In this document: piece after piece, positions 12,048-24,937 of the stretch
Layout of the letters: every line of letters starts with the position of its first letter
How positions within the stretch are numbered: the stretch's first letter is position 1
DNA from: Phoronis australis
Lineage: Eukaryota; Animalia; Phoronida
Direction: 5' to 3'
Assembly: GCA_002633005.1 (NCBI GenBank)
Contig: NMRA01000175.1
Coordinates: 271,432 to 335,431 of the forward strand
Length of the DNA stretch: 64,000 nucleotides
The notes under the pieces: generated by a model
The model's input: only the letters and a program-made list of their open reading frames with translations
Told to the model about the DNA's origin: nothing
Databases searched by the model: none
Position numbers and translations under genes: made by a program

Positions 12048-14009
12048 CTACATTAAAACTATAGACAGCGGCATTTTGAGTGTTAAAATCGTGTTTTCTT
12101 GAATTGCTAAAGCACTGCTAAGACCATCTGGTCTTGTACATCTAAAATGACAAACATCCATTCAAGCAAGGCTCTAAGTTAGAAATTGTAACAAACTACA
12201 ACTGGTGACAATAAATATGCAAGATTTAAATTGCTTGTCCAGTGATACAACATGGAAAAGCATCATAGTAAAATGTGCGTCCTTGGGCTTTCAGAAAAGT
12301 CGGATTGTGCTTTATTCACATGAAGCTTCCGAGACTGGTTGGATGCACTTTATGGTACTTTTACTGTTGCTACTAGAAATTAATTGAAAAAGGACTTATT
12401 GGCGAAACTCAGTGATCAGTTTGAGTCAGAACTTAACATCACATTGGATTTAGTTAATAGTATCTGCTTCCCTCATGTATAGAATATCAATTCTGTTCAA
12501 GCGTACACAGTTTCATCACTTAACACAAAACTGTTTAAGTGGTAGATAAAATTCAGAGAGTTTAAAGACTAGTAAATACACATGGAATGAAAGGTACTTT
12601 ACGTGCCTCAAAACTATTAACATGCAGAGTTTAACAGAGCATCTACTGCACCTACTGGCGACAACCCATTACTTTTCTATCACAAGCATTGCTATATTCA
12701 TGCACCTACATGTAACTGCAAACCTTAACTTGATTAGCCAAAAACAATAGGCTGGGGACTTTTCATATCAGCACTCTCTAGAGTAATGACAGCACGAAAG
12801 TGACTTCCGATTGATCCTTATTCAGATTTAGTGGGCAGGAATTCATAGTGGTTCAAAAGCAGAGGAACAGATTTCACTGTCAGCCACTGGCATTGTTTGA
12901 TTAGTTTGAGTTCACTTAATTGTTTTAGCTCTTTGACACCAGGAGAGGTCGAAATTTTCCTGCTTTATAAGCGGCAGACACTGTCTTTGTAGCGGATACA
13001 TCTTCGCAGTGGGAAATGTGTAGGACAGGACGTCTTTGATGCTCATCAATTGATATTTCAAAAGGTTTGCCATTGGTACATCCCATCGTACAGCAGTGGT
13101 AATTTGCTGGCATTATTATGGAGGCAAAGGTGTTAAAACGCTGTTTATACAAGTAGGTTGAAACCTACCGTCAGCATTACAAGGGCTCCGTAGGTGGCGC
13201 TGAACGCATGTCCAACAAAAACCTCATCCCTGGCAGTGAATTTCAGTATGGCGCAGCTACTTCGAAAGTCAGCTGTTAGTGTTCAACGTGCGACATGAGT
13301 CACAGTATCCAACCATTAGTGCAATTGTATGTGTTCACTCATACTTATAACTACATGTACAACACTCGTGCTGAATTAGGTGTTCATATCAGAACACAGC
13401 CACCTAAATAGAAGCCTAACTCACCCAGTTGAGCCTTGGTATGTTCTCGGAGTACTACATTGGAAAACAGAACAACTCAGTTTTCTTAAATGTATGTACA
13501 ATACAGTGGACAAGCCCTCACTTACATGCTAGCAGCACCACAGGAAATAAACCGAAGACCAGAAAGTATAAAAATGAAATATTTGTTGAAATTGGAACCA
13601 TGTCCAAGATAATAAAACATTAAGCAAAATAAAGCAGAGCACTTTATCAGGTAGCTACGTGAGGCTCAATGATTAGTGCTGAAATTCAACTCTAGTTGAA
13701 ACAGAAAATGAGAAGCCATACAAATATGTGTAAAAAGATGCGGGTACAAACCACAAGAAACTGCATGCTCTATGAGCCATAACATCGGAAATCCAGAAGA
13801 AAATATTAATTTCAATGTGTATGCTTGGATTAGGCAAAAACCATGCATCCAAGCCCCTGTTGACGAGTACTCACTCATAGATTTGAAACAGCCTTGTTCC
13901 CTAATTTCCCATACCACATGCGAGGCCTGCGCAAGTCTGATACAACGTGTATCAGACCACCTGCAATTATTTTTTTTTTAATTAATTTCCCATCTCTCAA
14001 CAGTCTTAC

Positions 14010-14188
14010 CTTTTGCTGGGTAACTGGTGCATCACCCTGTGCTGATCCTCAATTATGTCATCCGCTGACATCACCCTGTAGGGTTTGGCTAAGTCCATGT
14101 ACAGGTTGACATCCACAGGCTCTACCAACAGGTGGGGCTCCTGAAGGGAGATATTGTGCTTGGCCTGCAGGTCACCCAGGGGCCGGTT
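14010..14188 (-). CDS. Second coding exon of the uncharacterised gene (NRPLGDLQAKHNISLQEPHLLVEPVDVNLYMDLAKPYRVMSADDIIEDQHRVMHQLPSK)
   Basis: GC-richer island; acceptor attgtag, donor aag|gtaaga; phase 0 to 2. Confidence 0.85.
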
Positions 14189-15162
14189 CTACAATCAGAA
14201 ACATCACCAAGATCAGACTACACCAGCTGCTAGAAACACAAGTCATTGTGGCTGGATGCTGAAGACAGTGTTATTAGAACACTGAACTCTGTTTTGGCAA
14301 TTTCATCCTGGACTCTTCAGCATTGTGGCTAAGCCACAAGCGCTATTTTTTGTGAATCAATTAGGATGGTTTTATTAAGTCACAGTCTGGCTTTAGGCTC
14401 ACTTAGGCGTTGGGGTAACAAAACCCCAAATATTAGCTTAGGAGTCGTCTCATGATTTAGGCGGGAAAACATGAAATAGTTGCTTTGGCTCATTCACTAC
14501 AAAAATGAAGGTTTGCATTAAGTCCCAGTTCAGACTTCATAAAAATTTGTTTTTAAAATCCTGTGCTTGGTGGCCAACCCCCATTTTTGAGTTTCCCAAT
14601 AAAGCGCAATGAGCATCAGTCAACCCCCAGGAGTGCAATAACATGCAACAAACCCTTGTTTAATTAAATGAGATTTTATTTGAAAATTTGACATATCAGC
14701 TCAAACAGAGTGGAAACCAAATTGTACATGTTGCATGATATAAACAGCAGGTGAAAGCATAACAATGGGTAAAGTGGTAAGTGTAAATAAGATTACTGTG
14801 TAAAGGACATCTCATTACAAATATCTCTGGTTTAGTGTCAATTGAACTGGGGACCACAGCAGTTTGAATCTAGTCCATTGTTAAGCCTTCACACAGTCTT
14901 TTGTCTGGCATCACCACTCATAAGTAAATTATAAGCCACGTTTCAAAAGACAGACTGAGTAATTATTTACTCAGAATCTATAGCTCATGTTAGGGTTGAC
15001 AACCTGGTCTAGTTGTCCAATGTCGACCAGTGAGGGTGTCAGTAGGATTCGTTTCATGAGAGTGACATGAAACAAGCAGACTAAAATAAATATTTTTTCA
15101 CAATACATTTGTTTTTGTAAATGGCAATCAACAGTGACTGATTAGTAGTCAGCAAATCTTAC

Positions 15163-15237
15163 CCGAGCATGCTTTTTCAACAATGATTTTGCCCTGGCAT
15201 CGACACAATCCAACATCATCATGCAGCGGGTCGCCAT
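15163..15237 (-). CDS. First coding segment of the uncharacterised gene (MATRCMMMLDCVDARAKSLLKKHAR); the exon including 5'UTR is 15355..15163
   Basis: ATG in context actATGg with an in-frame TAA upstream; donor cgg|gtaaga, phase 0; acceptor ttacag at 15356-15358. Confidence 0.75.
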
Positions 15238-15802
15238 AGTGATTTCTGGTTAATCTTCAAGGAATGTTCCACTCAATACTCCAACAGTCCAGCTTAGTGA
15301 AGCCTAATGTCATCATGTCAAACATACCCAGAAGGACTTCAGTTGCTTGTAACCCCTGTAATGTAAACACTGCAGTCTAATCACAAGATAACTACATGGG
15401 GTTTTACCTGATATCAGGTAGACAAAATCTCAGCTAAGATGAAATTTCAAATAAAGCTGGTCATGAAGGGATGAAGCGCTATCGCATTGTTTAAAGAGGC
15501 TGTACGAAGCCAGACAACAGAGTGGATGCTTGTTCCACTCAGATAACCATTCCAATTTACTATGGTTGAAAAAATTGCCATCTCTCTACTTGCAGGTGTT
15601 TAACGAACTGTTGCAAACGTTTAAACTTTAAACTTTTAATAAATATTGTTTGGTAACAGCTACGCAATACAAACTATGCTGAAAGCAAAGTTAATTGTCC
15701 TTCAAAGTTATTTTTGTAGAGAATCTTGAAATTTCACCTGTCTGTCATATTTTGTCCCCAACCTGAAGAATTTTTACTATACCCTCTTGCAACGAAGACT
15801 AA

Positions 15803-16272
15803 GGCCCCTTCATACTAACTTAACTTTGATATAAGCAGAGCGCCAGCATAAACTGCGAAGTTAATTGAATTGTTCATACCAGCTTCGGTAGTTAACAGCA
15901 TCGAAGTAAACAGTAAGTAGCGCTGATGCATCCTGTACACGTTATCATTTTTTGAATGTGACAATTTGAGAACATTAATTTTACGTGTGCTAATTGACAC
16001 AGAACTTATTTCTAATTTGATTGGTGATCATTCGAGCAAAATATAAAGCAATTATCAGCGACAACATTGACTTTTAATTGTTAATGTTAGCAGTAGCTCA
16101 TAGCGATAACTTCGATGAGACTGAAGTTAACAGTTCATACCACACTGGAGCGTCCATGCTCCATTGTTAAATCCACCTGTCCACTGGCACTGTTAACTTC
16201 AATTCAGGACCAAATTTAACTGTTCGTACTGACTGCAACTCCCGAAAATGTCGACATTGGTATGAAAGGACA
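15803..16272. mobile_element. MITE, PIF/Harbinger (Tourist)-like; diverged copy of the family at 30795..31298
   Basis: Ends ggccccttcatactaac ... attggtatgaaaggaca, preceded by TAA. Shares internal blocks gcttcggtagttaa, gagcaaaatataa, aaatccacctgt and gcaactccc with the second copy. Confidence 0.75.
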
Positions 16273-19200
16273 TTCAAAATCGGTTTGGGGTTCAAATCAA
16301 TTTAAATATGTAAACGCAGGCAGTTTGGTATCGATTCACTGAACCTACTTGTGGACGTAGTTTTGAATCAATTTAACCTAAACCAATTCTTACCTTGCTT
16401 GAATGCACCATCAAATCAATTTGATTCACATGGGTTCACATCAAGATAGGATTTTCGTAATTACAGATCTAGGTTCCTGAACATAACTTTGTTCAAAATT
16501 TCTGGCATTATTTGAGTTCACAAGATTATTGTCCCCTCGCTTTCATCATCATGAAATTGCCCACAGACCAAAAAGCAATAGCAAACACTGCAAAACATTC
16601 CTATAACTTTCAATTTTTGAGGAAGGTTTTGTCACAGGGAGGTGAAAGGTGTGCTTACACCAAGAGGACAGTCATAAAAAATAAGGCACATAGTACATTT
16701 CAAGGAAATGTCACATTTTTAGTCTTAAGCATGTTACGCCTGTTATGTATTTAAGGTATGATTTTGACCACTATGAGGTACTTTAATGAATTTTACTTAC
16801 GTTTTGTACTTATATATGCTTCCAATTCCTAAGTTTCTTTCATTTTTCCACAGATTTTTTAAATACTTCACTCAGACTGTTCACGTGGTGGATCACATCG
16901 CATTAGGCTGCAAGTTTTCTCTAGTAAAAAAAGTTTTAAATGTGGTCACGATTTATTTCTCAAAAAGAGATAACAGAGATGAAAACAAGGGTAACTTTTC
17001 ATTGAACTTATAACATCGCCTAAAAATAGTTAAATAAAAACAATATTTGATATTGCAGTTATGGAGGAATCGGCGCCTGAGTTGCAGACGATAAAATATT
17101 TAGCAAATGAAAACTGGGACAGAACTGTCATATAATTAACAGTCCTGTTCTAGATGTTACGATTGAGACCTGATTGTATGTTAAGCGTTATTTACACTGC
17201 TGTAATTGTATTACTTTAAACTATTTTCCGAAAGTTTGATGATCAAACCATCGAGTCGACATTGACCTACCTTTTGAACTTTTCATGTCAGTGGTCACTG
17301 TTGAAGTAGTGCGGGATGTGAATACGAAAACTTAATTACATGGTCGTATTTCCCTCGACAGATTCAACGCGCATGGGATAAAGTATGATCTTGGTAATGT
17401 AAACGGAAAGAAGTAGGGCTTAAAACCAACAAGAATAAATCGGTTCGAAGTATAGCAATCCCAAACTTGAGTGTAAACTAGTACAAAGTAAGCCATAACC
17501 CAAACAATGGAGATACTCAGATCACAAATCCCCAGGTCTAGCTAGTGTTTTGATAAATAGGAAAAGGTGGTATTTTTTTAACACCAACTTCAGAGATAAA
17601 AAGGAAATGAAATAAAAAACATCGCAAGGTTTCCCATCAGCAGCAGGCAATTTCCTATTTTTAGTTTGTGAGGCCTCCCAAATCAAACCTATCAAAGGTA
17701 AGGGCACTCTTGACTTTGCAAATGAATCAGAAAAACAACTTCACAAATATTTCTTGATACTATTTTATCATAGAACTTGAAAATGATACAGTCATTTGGT
17801 ACTAGTACTTATCTGCTTCTGAAAAAAATTAAAAGTTAATCACTTGTCCCCCTTGTTACTTCCTAAATTTGCCGTAGTTTCCACTGTGCGGCACAAAATA
17901 TGTCAAATCCATTGGAAAATAAGGAAGCATCATTGTCTCCATAATTGCAACTATTTGCCATAAAGGGAGAACATACAGAGTTCAATGTAAAAAGCCAAAA
18001 TTGCCACTAAGGAGCCCATAAATGGTTGGATCAGTCCGAAACTTGGCATGTTCCATCATCAGTTTCAAAGAAACACATCTGCCAAATCTCATCAAAAGCA
18101 AGGTGTTTAGGAGATGCATCAGTGGATATCCAGATGGAAACGATGGCAATATGCACCCACGTAAGTAAGTGTGGGCGCTTCTGTAAAAATATACACTTGC
18201 AGAAGTCATATCTAACCAGAGCAAAAGATTTCACCCATTCAAGAAAGTCAAAAACAACTTATCTAACTGCTATACTAAATGTTCAAACTAATAACTCCAT
18301 CATGAAACTTTGTCAAAGTTAAGCTAATGGTAAAATCCAACTTACGTGTCCAACTTATGTCAGTTTTACAACACACCTAGGTAAACGCCATCAAAAGTTT
18401 TCAGTGACAACAAATAATACAACTGTCCAATGCAAGAGAAATTCTTCACCGCCTACCCACTTATTGCAAAGACTCAAAGGAAGGATATTCATATATCTTA
18501 TGACCCTTACCTGTCAAACCAACAGGGGTTCCCACCCATAACACATCCTCAGACTACCAGTAACCTTGTACACTTAGAGACCAACTTCAAACAACCCTAA
18601 AAGACTATCACCTACGTCTCATCGAGCTAGAAAAATATTGACATTCTACTTGGATTATCCCGTAGAAAGGCACAAGGTAGCACCCGATTCAAAACAAATT
18701 TACAACCTTTCTTCAGTGTAATTTTGTCAAATGAATGTTCATTATAGAAAGCAGTCAGCTATGAAGGGTTCTTTACATAAGCTTTAAAAAAGACACCAAT
18801 TTGTACCATGAATAATGTATTTTATATCAATCCGCCAGGTGTAGATGACTGATAGACAGTCTAAAAGCAGGCGTTGAGGACTCCATTACTAAACACACAT
18901 TGCATATTTTACAGACACCTGTTGCACGTCAGTCAGGCAAACAAGTAGTTCTTTGCACTAAACTTATTTCCACACAGTTAATAATGACGTTTGTATTTAA
19001 GACCACCTGCACTCTCCAAAATACATGTATGTAAGCAGGGAATGTTCATGTTTGCTGCAAAATGTCTCATTTTCACACACTGAGAAGAAAATAATTCTTT
19101 TCCGAGATTGCAAAAAATGTTAGGGGTTGAGCATATTTGACGATAGTTCCTGCTATGGTATAATAAACTTAGTTTAACTTTTGCCTTACAAGATTATACG

Positions 19201-21390
19201 GTACAAATTCTCCAACATGGGATTGTCTTTCTAGTGATTCTTGAAACTGGGACAAGCTCCAACCTTGAGCAAAATAATGGATTTTTCACTATCTAAAATT
19301 GGAGAATTTCTACGGTTGTCATAAAAATTAGGAATACAATGGCTAAAATTTAGCTCTTATACCGAACATCAAATTTGAATTGTACTTGAGAAACCATCCT
19401 GTAATCTTAGTTTACTGAAAGGATACAACATTAGGTAAAATCAATTTCCAAGACAAACATTCCAACCTTACATCACCCCCTTGGTAACAATAAATGGCTC
19501 AAACTAAGCTTGCAACCCTATCTGCACAGATGTACTATATACATGTATTGTATACAATTGTTTCTTTTAAGATCAATTGGTTTATTGCAACTGGTCATTA
19601 TTAGTTATGATATAAAAATAATTCTATCTAGGTTTAGATCTCTGTATTCAGTTGTTTAGCTGTTACTTTAAACGCTTTTCAGTTCTAAATCACAGAGCCA
19701 AAGCCACCAACTGATCTGGGATGTTCTAACAGGAATAATCATTGTTGGGTCACGCGACTGACCTATATTTAACAGAATTCCCTCAGCAGTAGTTTTGAAT
19801 TTCAGGATTAGCCAACCATAGTAAAATCAATGATTTTCCGATATGTTTCCTTACCAGTTTATATGTTCTTCTTGGTAACAGAAAACAAGTCCTAGCATAG
19901 ACATGAGAACATTTTTAGATCAATACCATAAGAGGAAAGAGTGCAATTTGATTTCTGTTTTTAAGACAGCTAAACAGGGCAAAATGCACCTTTAATGTCA
20001 AAAAAGTAATGGTGAACATTTCTGAAAGCCAGTCTCCGAACATTTTCATAACAGATACAGTCAAATACATATATTATAGTTTTATAGCAGAAGATGATTG
20101 TTGTGTTTTGTCCGGATTCCCAAAATAGACACTGCAAAATTCATTTGTTAACTTTGAAAAACAACCACATTTTCTTGGTCTTTTCACACATGTTATACTA
20201 CGGCAAATTAGCGCCAAAATAAATAATTTTTCATAACTATGTTCTCTCCTTGTCTGTAGATTCTTTTGCAGTTGTGTCATCAATTTAGCACTGAACACAA
20301 ATGAAATTGTATTTTAGATTTTCATAGTTTTGCAGCATAAAGTTAATGCTGCACCACGTTCAAGATCTTCACCATTCAGAAAATATTTTTGAAAATGTGG
20401 GCATTCGCAACAAAGTTAAAAGACCTTGAGAAACAGTTTTTTTCTGAAATTGATGAGATTTTATCGTAGTTAATTTTGGCCAGAAAGCAGAAGGAAAAAC
20501 TGGTTGAATAAAAACGGCAGATTCAGAAAAATACTGATTTTCCCTGGATGCCATGTTTGAAATTAAAAAAAAAAAAATGTTTGTGGTTCATTTTTGTCAG
20601 TTTTAGTAGGTCTACTGACTACACTGGGCACTATTTTGAAGAATACAAAGTTGCACGCTCAAAATCTGAGCATGTGAATATGAAATCAAAGCAGGGTAGC
20701 TCAAAATTCTAGGCTGCTGAGAACAACTGGACATGGTAAACATCCCAAGCTCATGGTTTGGTTTCCTTGTAGTATAACCTGTCAGCAAGAAAGCCTATTG
20801 TCCTTCAACCTACCTTAAAATAGGTGCCCCCCACTTCAGCAAAACCAACACTTCTCATATACCACTTTACAAATATAAACACAACTAATAACCTGTCTTA
20901 CATACCAACAAAACCTACCTTCTAACAAATCCTCAAGTGGATTTCACCCATTCACAAGGGTTTCAGCCACTCTGCCATTATTCAAAATTGAAAGCAGACA
21001 GTTGTCACCTGTGAACCAAGCTACACAAGAGACTAATCCTATGCCTAATGCTTAAACAAAACTCAACTGTAACATTTACATCAAAGATCAATATTTACAT
21101 ATATCTATAGACAAGCCATATGAATTAATGAATCAATAAAAGGCTTAATTGTCAAAGAATTCCTGTGTAACTTGCTGCTATTGGATGTTGTTGCCACCAA
21201 GTTTTGAAGATAATTTGGTGACTGATTTGGGAAATTGGCTGCTGATGTTTCTACTTATTCATCGCCAAGTTCCCGAGAAAAGGACAATTTATGTTTTGGT
21301 ATGGTCACAGTCCATAATAAATTAGTTGACAGAAATGAAACAACAAAAATTTTTAAAAATTAGTTTGCATCAAAAAAATTCAAACCACTG

Positions 21391-21654
21391 CACAGCCTAA
21401 CAATAGTTTGAAGGGCCTTTCGCACTATGGATTTAGAGAACGGTGAACTAATTGCACTTCACAAAGAGAAACGTGAAAGGTCAAGATTCCAACACTAAGG
21501 CGATAGGCATAATAACCTCCGTAAGTGAATTTGTGTGTTCTTCTGACTGGTCCATCCAGAAACAGATGATAGTATTTATTTAGGTAGACCAACCACACAG
21601 CCTAACAATAGTTTAAAGGGCCTTTCGCACTATGGATTTAGAATAGTGAACTAA
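21391..21654 (+). repeat. ~60-bp direct repeat, two copies 205 bp apart
   Basis: cacagcctaacaatagttt(g/a)aagggcctttcgcactatggatttaga..gtgaactaa at 21391 and 21596. Confidence 0.85.
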
Positions 21655-24185
21655 CATTCTTTCTGGATCACAAGAATTTTAGTTTCAATGCGAAAGGTGA
21701 TTTAAACTGGTATAAATTTAGTATGGTACTAAAGTTAATACCAAAAGACAGGATTAACAAGCAGACCAAATTGTCTCGCCACTTCACGTGAACACGGAGT
21801 TCATTCTGTCATTTCACACACTCTCAACATTGTGGCATGTAGCTGCTCACTGTACAACTTTAAGCACATACCTCAAAACAACAAATCAAACACGAGTAGA
21901 AGTGGTTAATGGGACACCAGATGAAACCAAGGGTCTGGCCAGCATTGGAAGCAAGTCATCAACTCAAGGTATTCTCAACGGAAAGGACCACAACAGCGTA
22001 GCAAAATCACAGGTTTAGTACGATGAAGCTTTTAAGTTACGGCAGTGACATATGTGAATCCAGTTAAGAAAGGTGACAAGAGTGAAGGTAAGTTATGACA
22101 TATAAGTTACGATCGTGAAGCAGCCCGTAGTAACTGTGTCCTTGTTTGAAAGCCAAAATTGCATTTTTAGGATTATTGTTGGGTAGGACATTTGTAGTTA
22201 AGTTAAGCGTTGACCAGAAGTTGGCTATAACAATTAGCAAAATCCATTTTTGTTTTATTAGAAATCACCACTACGATCTGTCACGGGGTCAATTTCAAAT
22301 ACGCAAAATTGTCACTTTATGCGTAGGCAGATATTCTTTGTTCAATGATAGGCTATCTGAATTATTAAAAAACACAGAACAAAGCTTGGAAGTGCCCTTA
22401 TTTTGCTCCACGTTCTAGCAGAGCCTACGTATGAAGCACACACAGACATTATTTTCTCTATAGATGCTGACGGCCCATAGGAGTATCAACATTTACTGCT
22501 GAATTTTACTCTGATAACGGGACAAAGCCAGGATTCAGTTCTCATCTAACATGGCTGGGACGATGTAACCACATACTCATGGCTTATCTCAATCCTTTTA
22601 CTAGAACGTTCTTCTCATCAGCCTAATATGGTACACAGTTGGGTAAAAAGTGAATGGTTAAAATCGGGTTTAAAGTTGTGACAAAAGGTAAAGAAACTTT
22701 TTCCATTGAGTAAACTTTATATTGGTTACCTGTGGGTACGGAAAGGATGTCATTAATCTTATATTCTGCATATTTTGGAGTGATCATGTGCACCAAGTTT
22801 GAGCTTCATGAAATAGCCACCTATTGGTCAATTTCTAGTTTCCCGATTTTCCAATTCACTGTTCTTTTCTTACAGGTTTGCAGACAAATGATCAGAAGTA
22901 ATTGCACCTTGTTAGTATTGTTGAGTATTTTATTACCAGTGAACTGAGATGAGAGAAAATGTTTCTTCAGTGAATTTATCACCATCTCCTGAAAGATGTC
23001 ACTTTTACCAAACCAAAAAATTGAGTAAATAGCACAACACATGTCACAAGTGTACTATTTGAAATTGACGCCTGACTTTTCTTTGATCTAAGTCTCCACT
23101 TTTATAACAGAAAACTGGATAAAGTTAAGATGTGCGCAAAATTAAAGAAACGTATTCGGTTTGTTTTTCAAATTTAGCACATTCACCTACTAAAAGGTAG
23201 AGTGCCTTGTACTTCATCTCCCTGGTGATTAGGATGAAAGGTACGTCAGATTCTCAATCTCGGCACAGCATGGCGTGATGGGATTGGCTGCTGCCTGACC
23301 TTCAATTGAGTCAGCCAGTGATAGCAGAATTGAGAACCTGGGCACTGCCAAGGGTCTCCGGCACCATAAATGTCATTTAGTGCAAAGTGATTATAGTCAT
23401 ACGGATTCTTTCTTACATAGTATATGAGAGCCGGGGTATGTTCTAAAAAGATCAAGGTAACCTCTCATCGTAAAGAGAAGTATATTCTAGAAAGATCGAG
23501 ATACAAGCTCCTGTTACTTTGTTTAGTAGTGGACATACATAATGCATTAGTGAATGAGATTCGAAAGCATATTTCGATCTTTCAGAACATACCTCTGGTA
23601 TACACTTTAAGTGAAGAAGGGAGTTCAGTGTTCGCCACGGCTACACAGAACTGTCGGAAGGTTACATGACATGCTTTCTGATAGCTTTGATTGGCTGCTG
23701 GTTGACCTCCAATTGGGTCACACAATGAATGACCTGGGTCAATAGGCAAGTTAGTAGAAGCCAGCAGGCAGCACCACTGTGACCGACAAGGGGGTCATGT
23801 ACTGTCAAGAGTGTGAACCTCGCTAGTCTTCTGATGGTTCTACGTTAGTACGTAGCAATGTAATGGCCTACGCTGAACTTCCTTCCTTACTTATGGTGTA
23901 TACAAGAGGACTGCTCTAAAAGATCGAAATAAGCTCACGTACTCGCGAAATAAATAAAGCACTCGTACGACTACGACGAGGAAGCAACTCGGTTTGCTAC
24001 AAGTTCAGTACAAGTACAACTTCGTTCCCTTGCTTTCATTTACCGTTTTTTCGGCTTTGCCTTGACATTAGGGGTGAGTTTTAAGATTTTATCAATTGCT
24101 GTAATATGTAATGCATCGGTTCAAAGATAAACAATACAACAGCGCCTAGTTGTAGTAATTAAACATCCGGAACAACGATACTCAC

Positions 24186-24531
24186 CAAACACGCATCAAA
24201 CACGCACCAACTATTCTTGCAGTATACTATACTGATTATTGCGCCACCTAGTGGCTGTTATAATGTAGTCATCGCAACCGAAGTTTTCACAGCATATTGA
24301 TGAAAATGAAAAAATACACACCACCAGGGGATAAAGTGTACATAAGGCGCAGTTTTAAGGGTATTTAACCTGACCAGTTGTTGGTATTTATAGAAAATTA
24401 CTGGTGATTTTGGCAACATTCTTGTACCCAGCATGCATTTGTTCTTAATTCTATAAATAACTCAGACGTCACGTAGAGGAATAACATGCCAAAGTGCGAG
24501 TGATTTGAATGGAGAGGCAGTTTCGAACCAG
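24186..24531. promoter_or_regulatory. Putative bidirectional promoter / first non-coding exons shared by the uncharacterised gene (-) and MAP3K1 (+)
   Basis: Locally CpG-enriched. Minus-strand donor tg|gtgagt at 24186/24185. Plus-strand donor cag|gtaagt at 24531/24532 pairs with acceptor ttgcag at 24671. CRE-like gacgtca at ~24465. Confidence 0.55.
24241..24255 (-). promoter_or_regulatory. CTCF-binding consensus motif
   Basis: gcgccacctagtggc is the reverse complement of GCCACTAGGTGGCGC, which matches the CTCF core CCACYAGRKGGCRC. Confidence 0.6.
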
Positions 24532-24722
24532 GTAAGTTCGTACGGGAATCACCCGTGATTGCATCACGATCCGCACGATTCATCCCACTTTGCTCTTCAG
24601 ATATCTGTTAAGAACGAGACTTTTTTTCTTGTCGTGCTTTGAGAATTGCAAACTTCTGATTTTATTTGCAGGACAAGTTTAAATTTTATTTTTTCGTCGG
24701 TTCACTATGAGCCTTGTCAAAA

Positions 24723-24937
24723 ATGGCTACCGACACACAGGACAACGTAACTGAAGAACTGGAAGTGTCCGAACAAAGTTTCCAGGGGCCTGTCAACTGG
24801 AGGAAGAATTTGAAACCCATTCCGTCTCCTTTGATTGAAAATAAAGAATTCGTTTCGAAAGACGGGATGTCAGCAGACGACAAAGCCAATGAAAACAAAC
24901 CTGAAAGTGAGAATAATTCGCCTCCACCCTCCGACAG
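24723..24937 (+). CDS. MAP3K1: MAP3K1 putative coding exon 1 (MATDTQDNVTEELE...SPPPSD)
   Basis: aaaATGg start, donor cag|gtgaga; phase 2 fits the next exon 15.9 kb downstream. The N-terminus is not recognisably conserved, so the linkage is inferred. Confidence 0.7.

Larger units (their letters stand above)
1..15237 (-). other. Gene span of an uncharacterised multi-exon protein-coding gene (3' end beyond the left edge); core CDS join(15237..15163,14188..14010,8390..8299,3878..3615,2888..2747,2328..2172,1275..1) plus optional small exons
   Basis: Seven core exons with canonical AG/GT boundaries join in one stop-free frame (phases 0,2,1,1,2,0), giving 728 codons. I recognise no domain. Confidence 0.8.
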
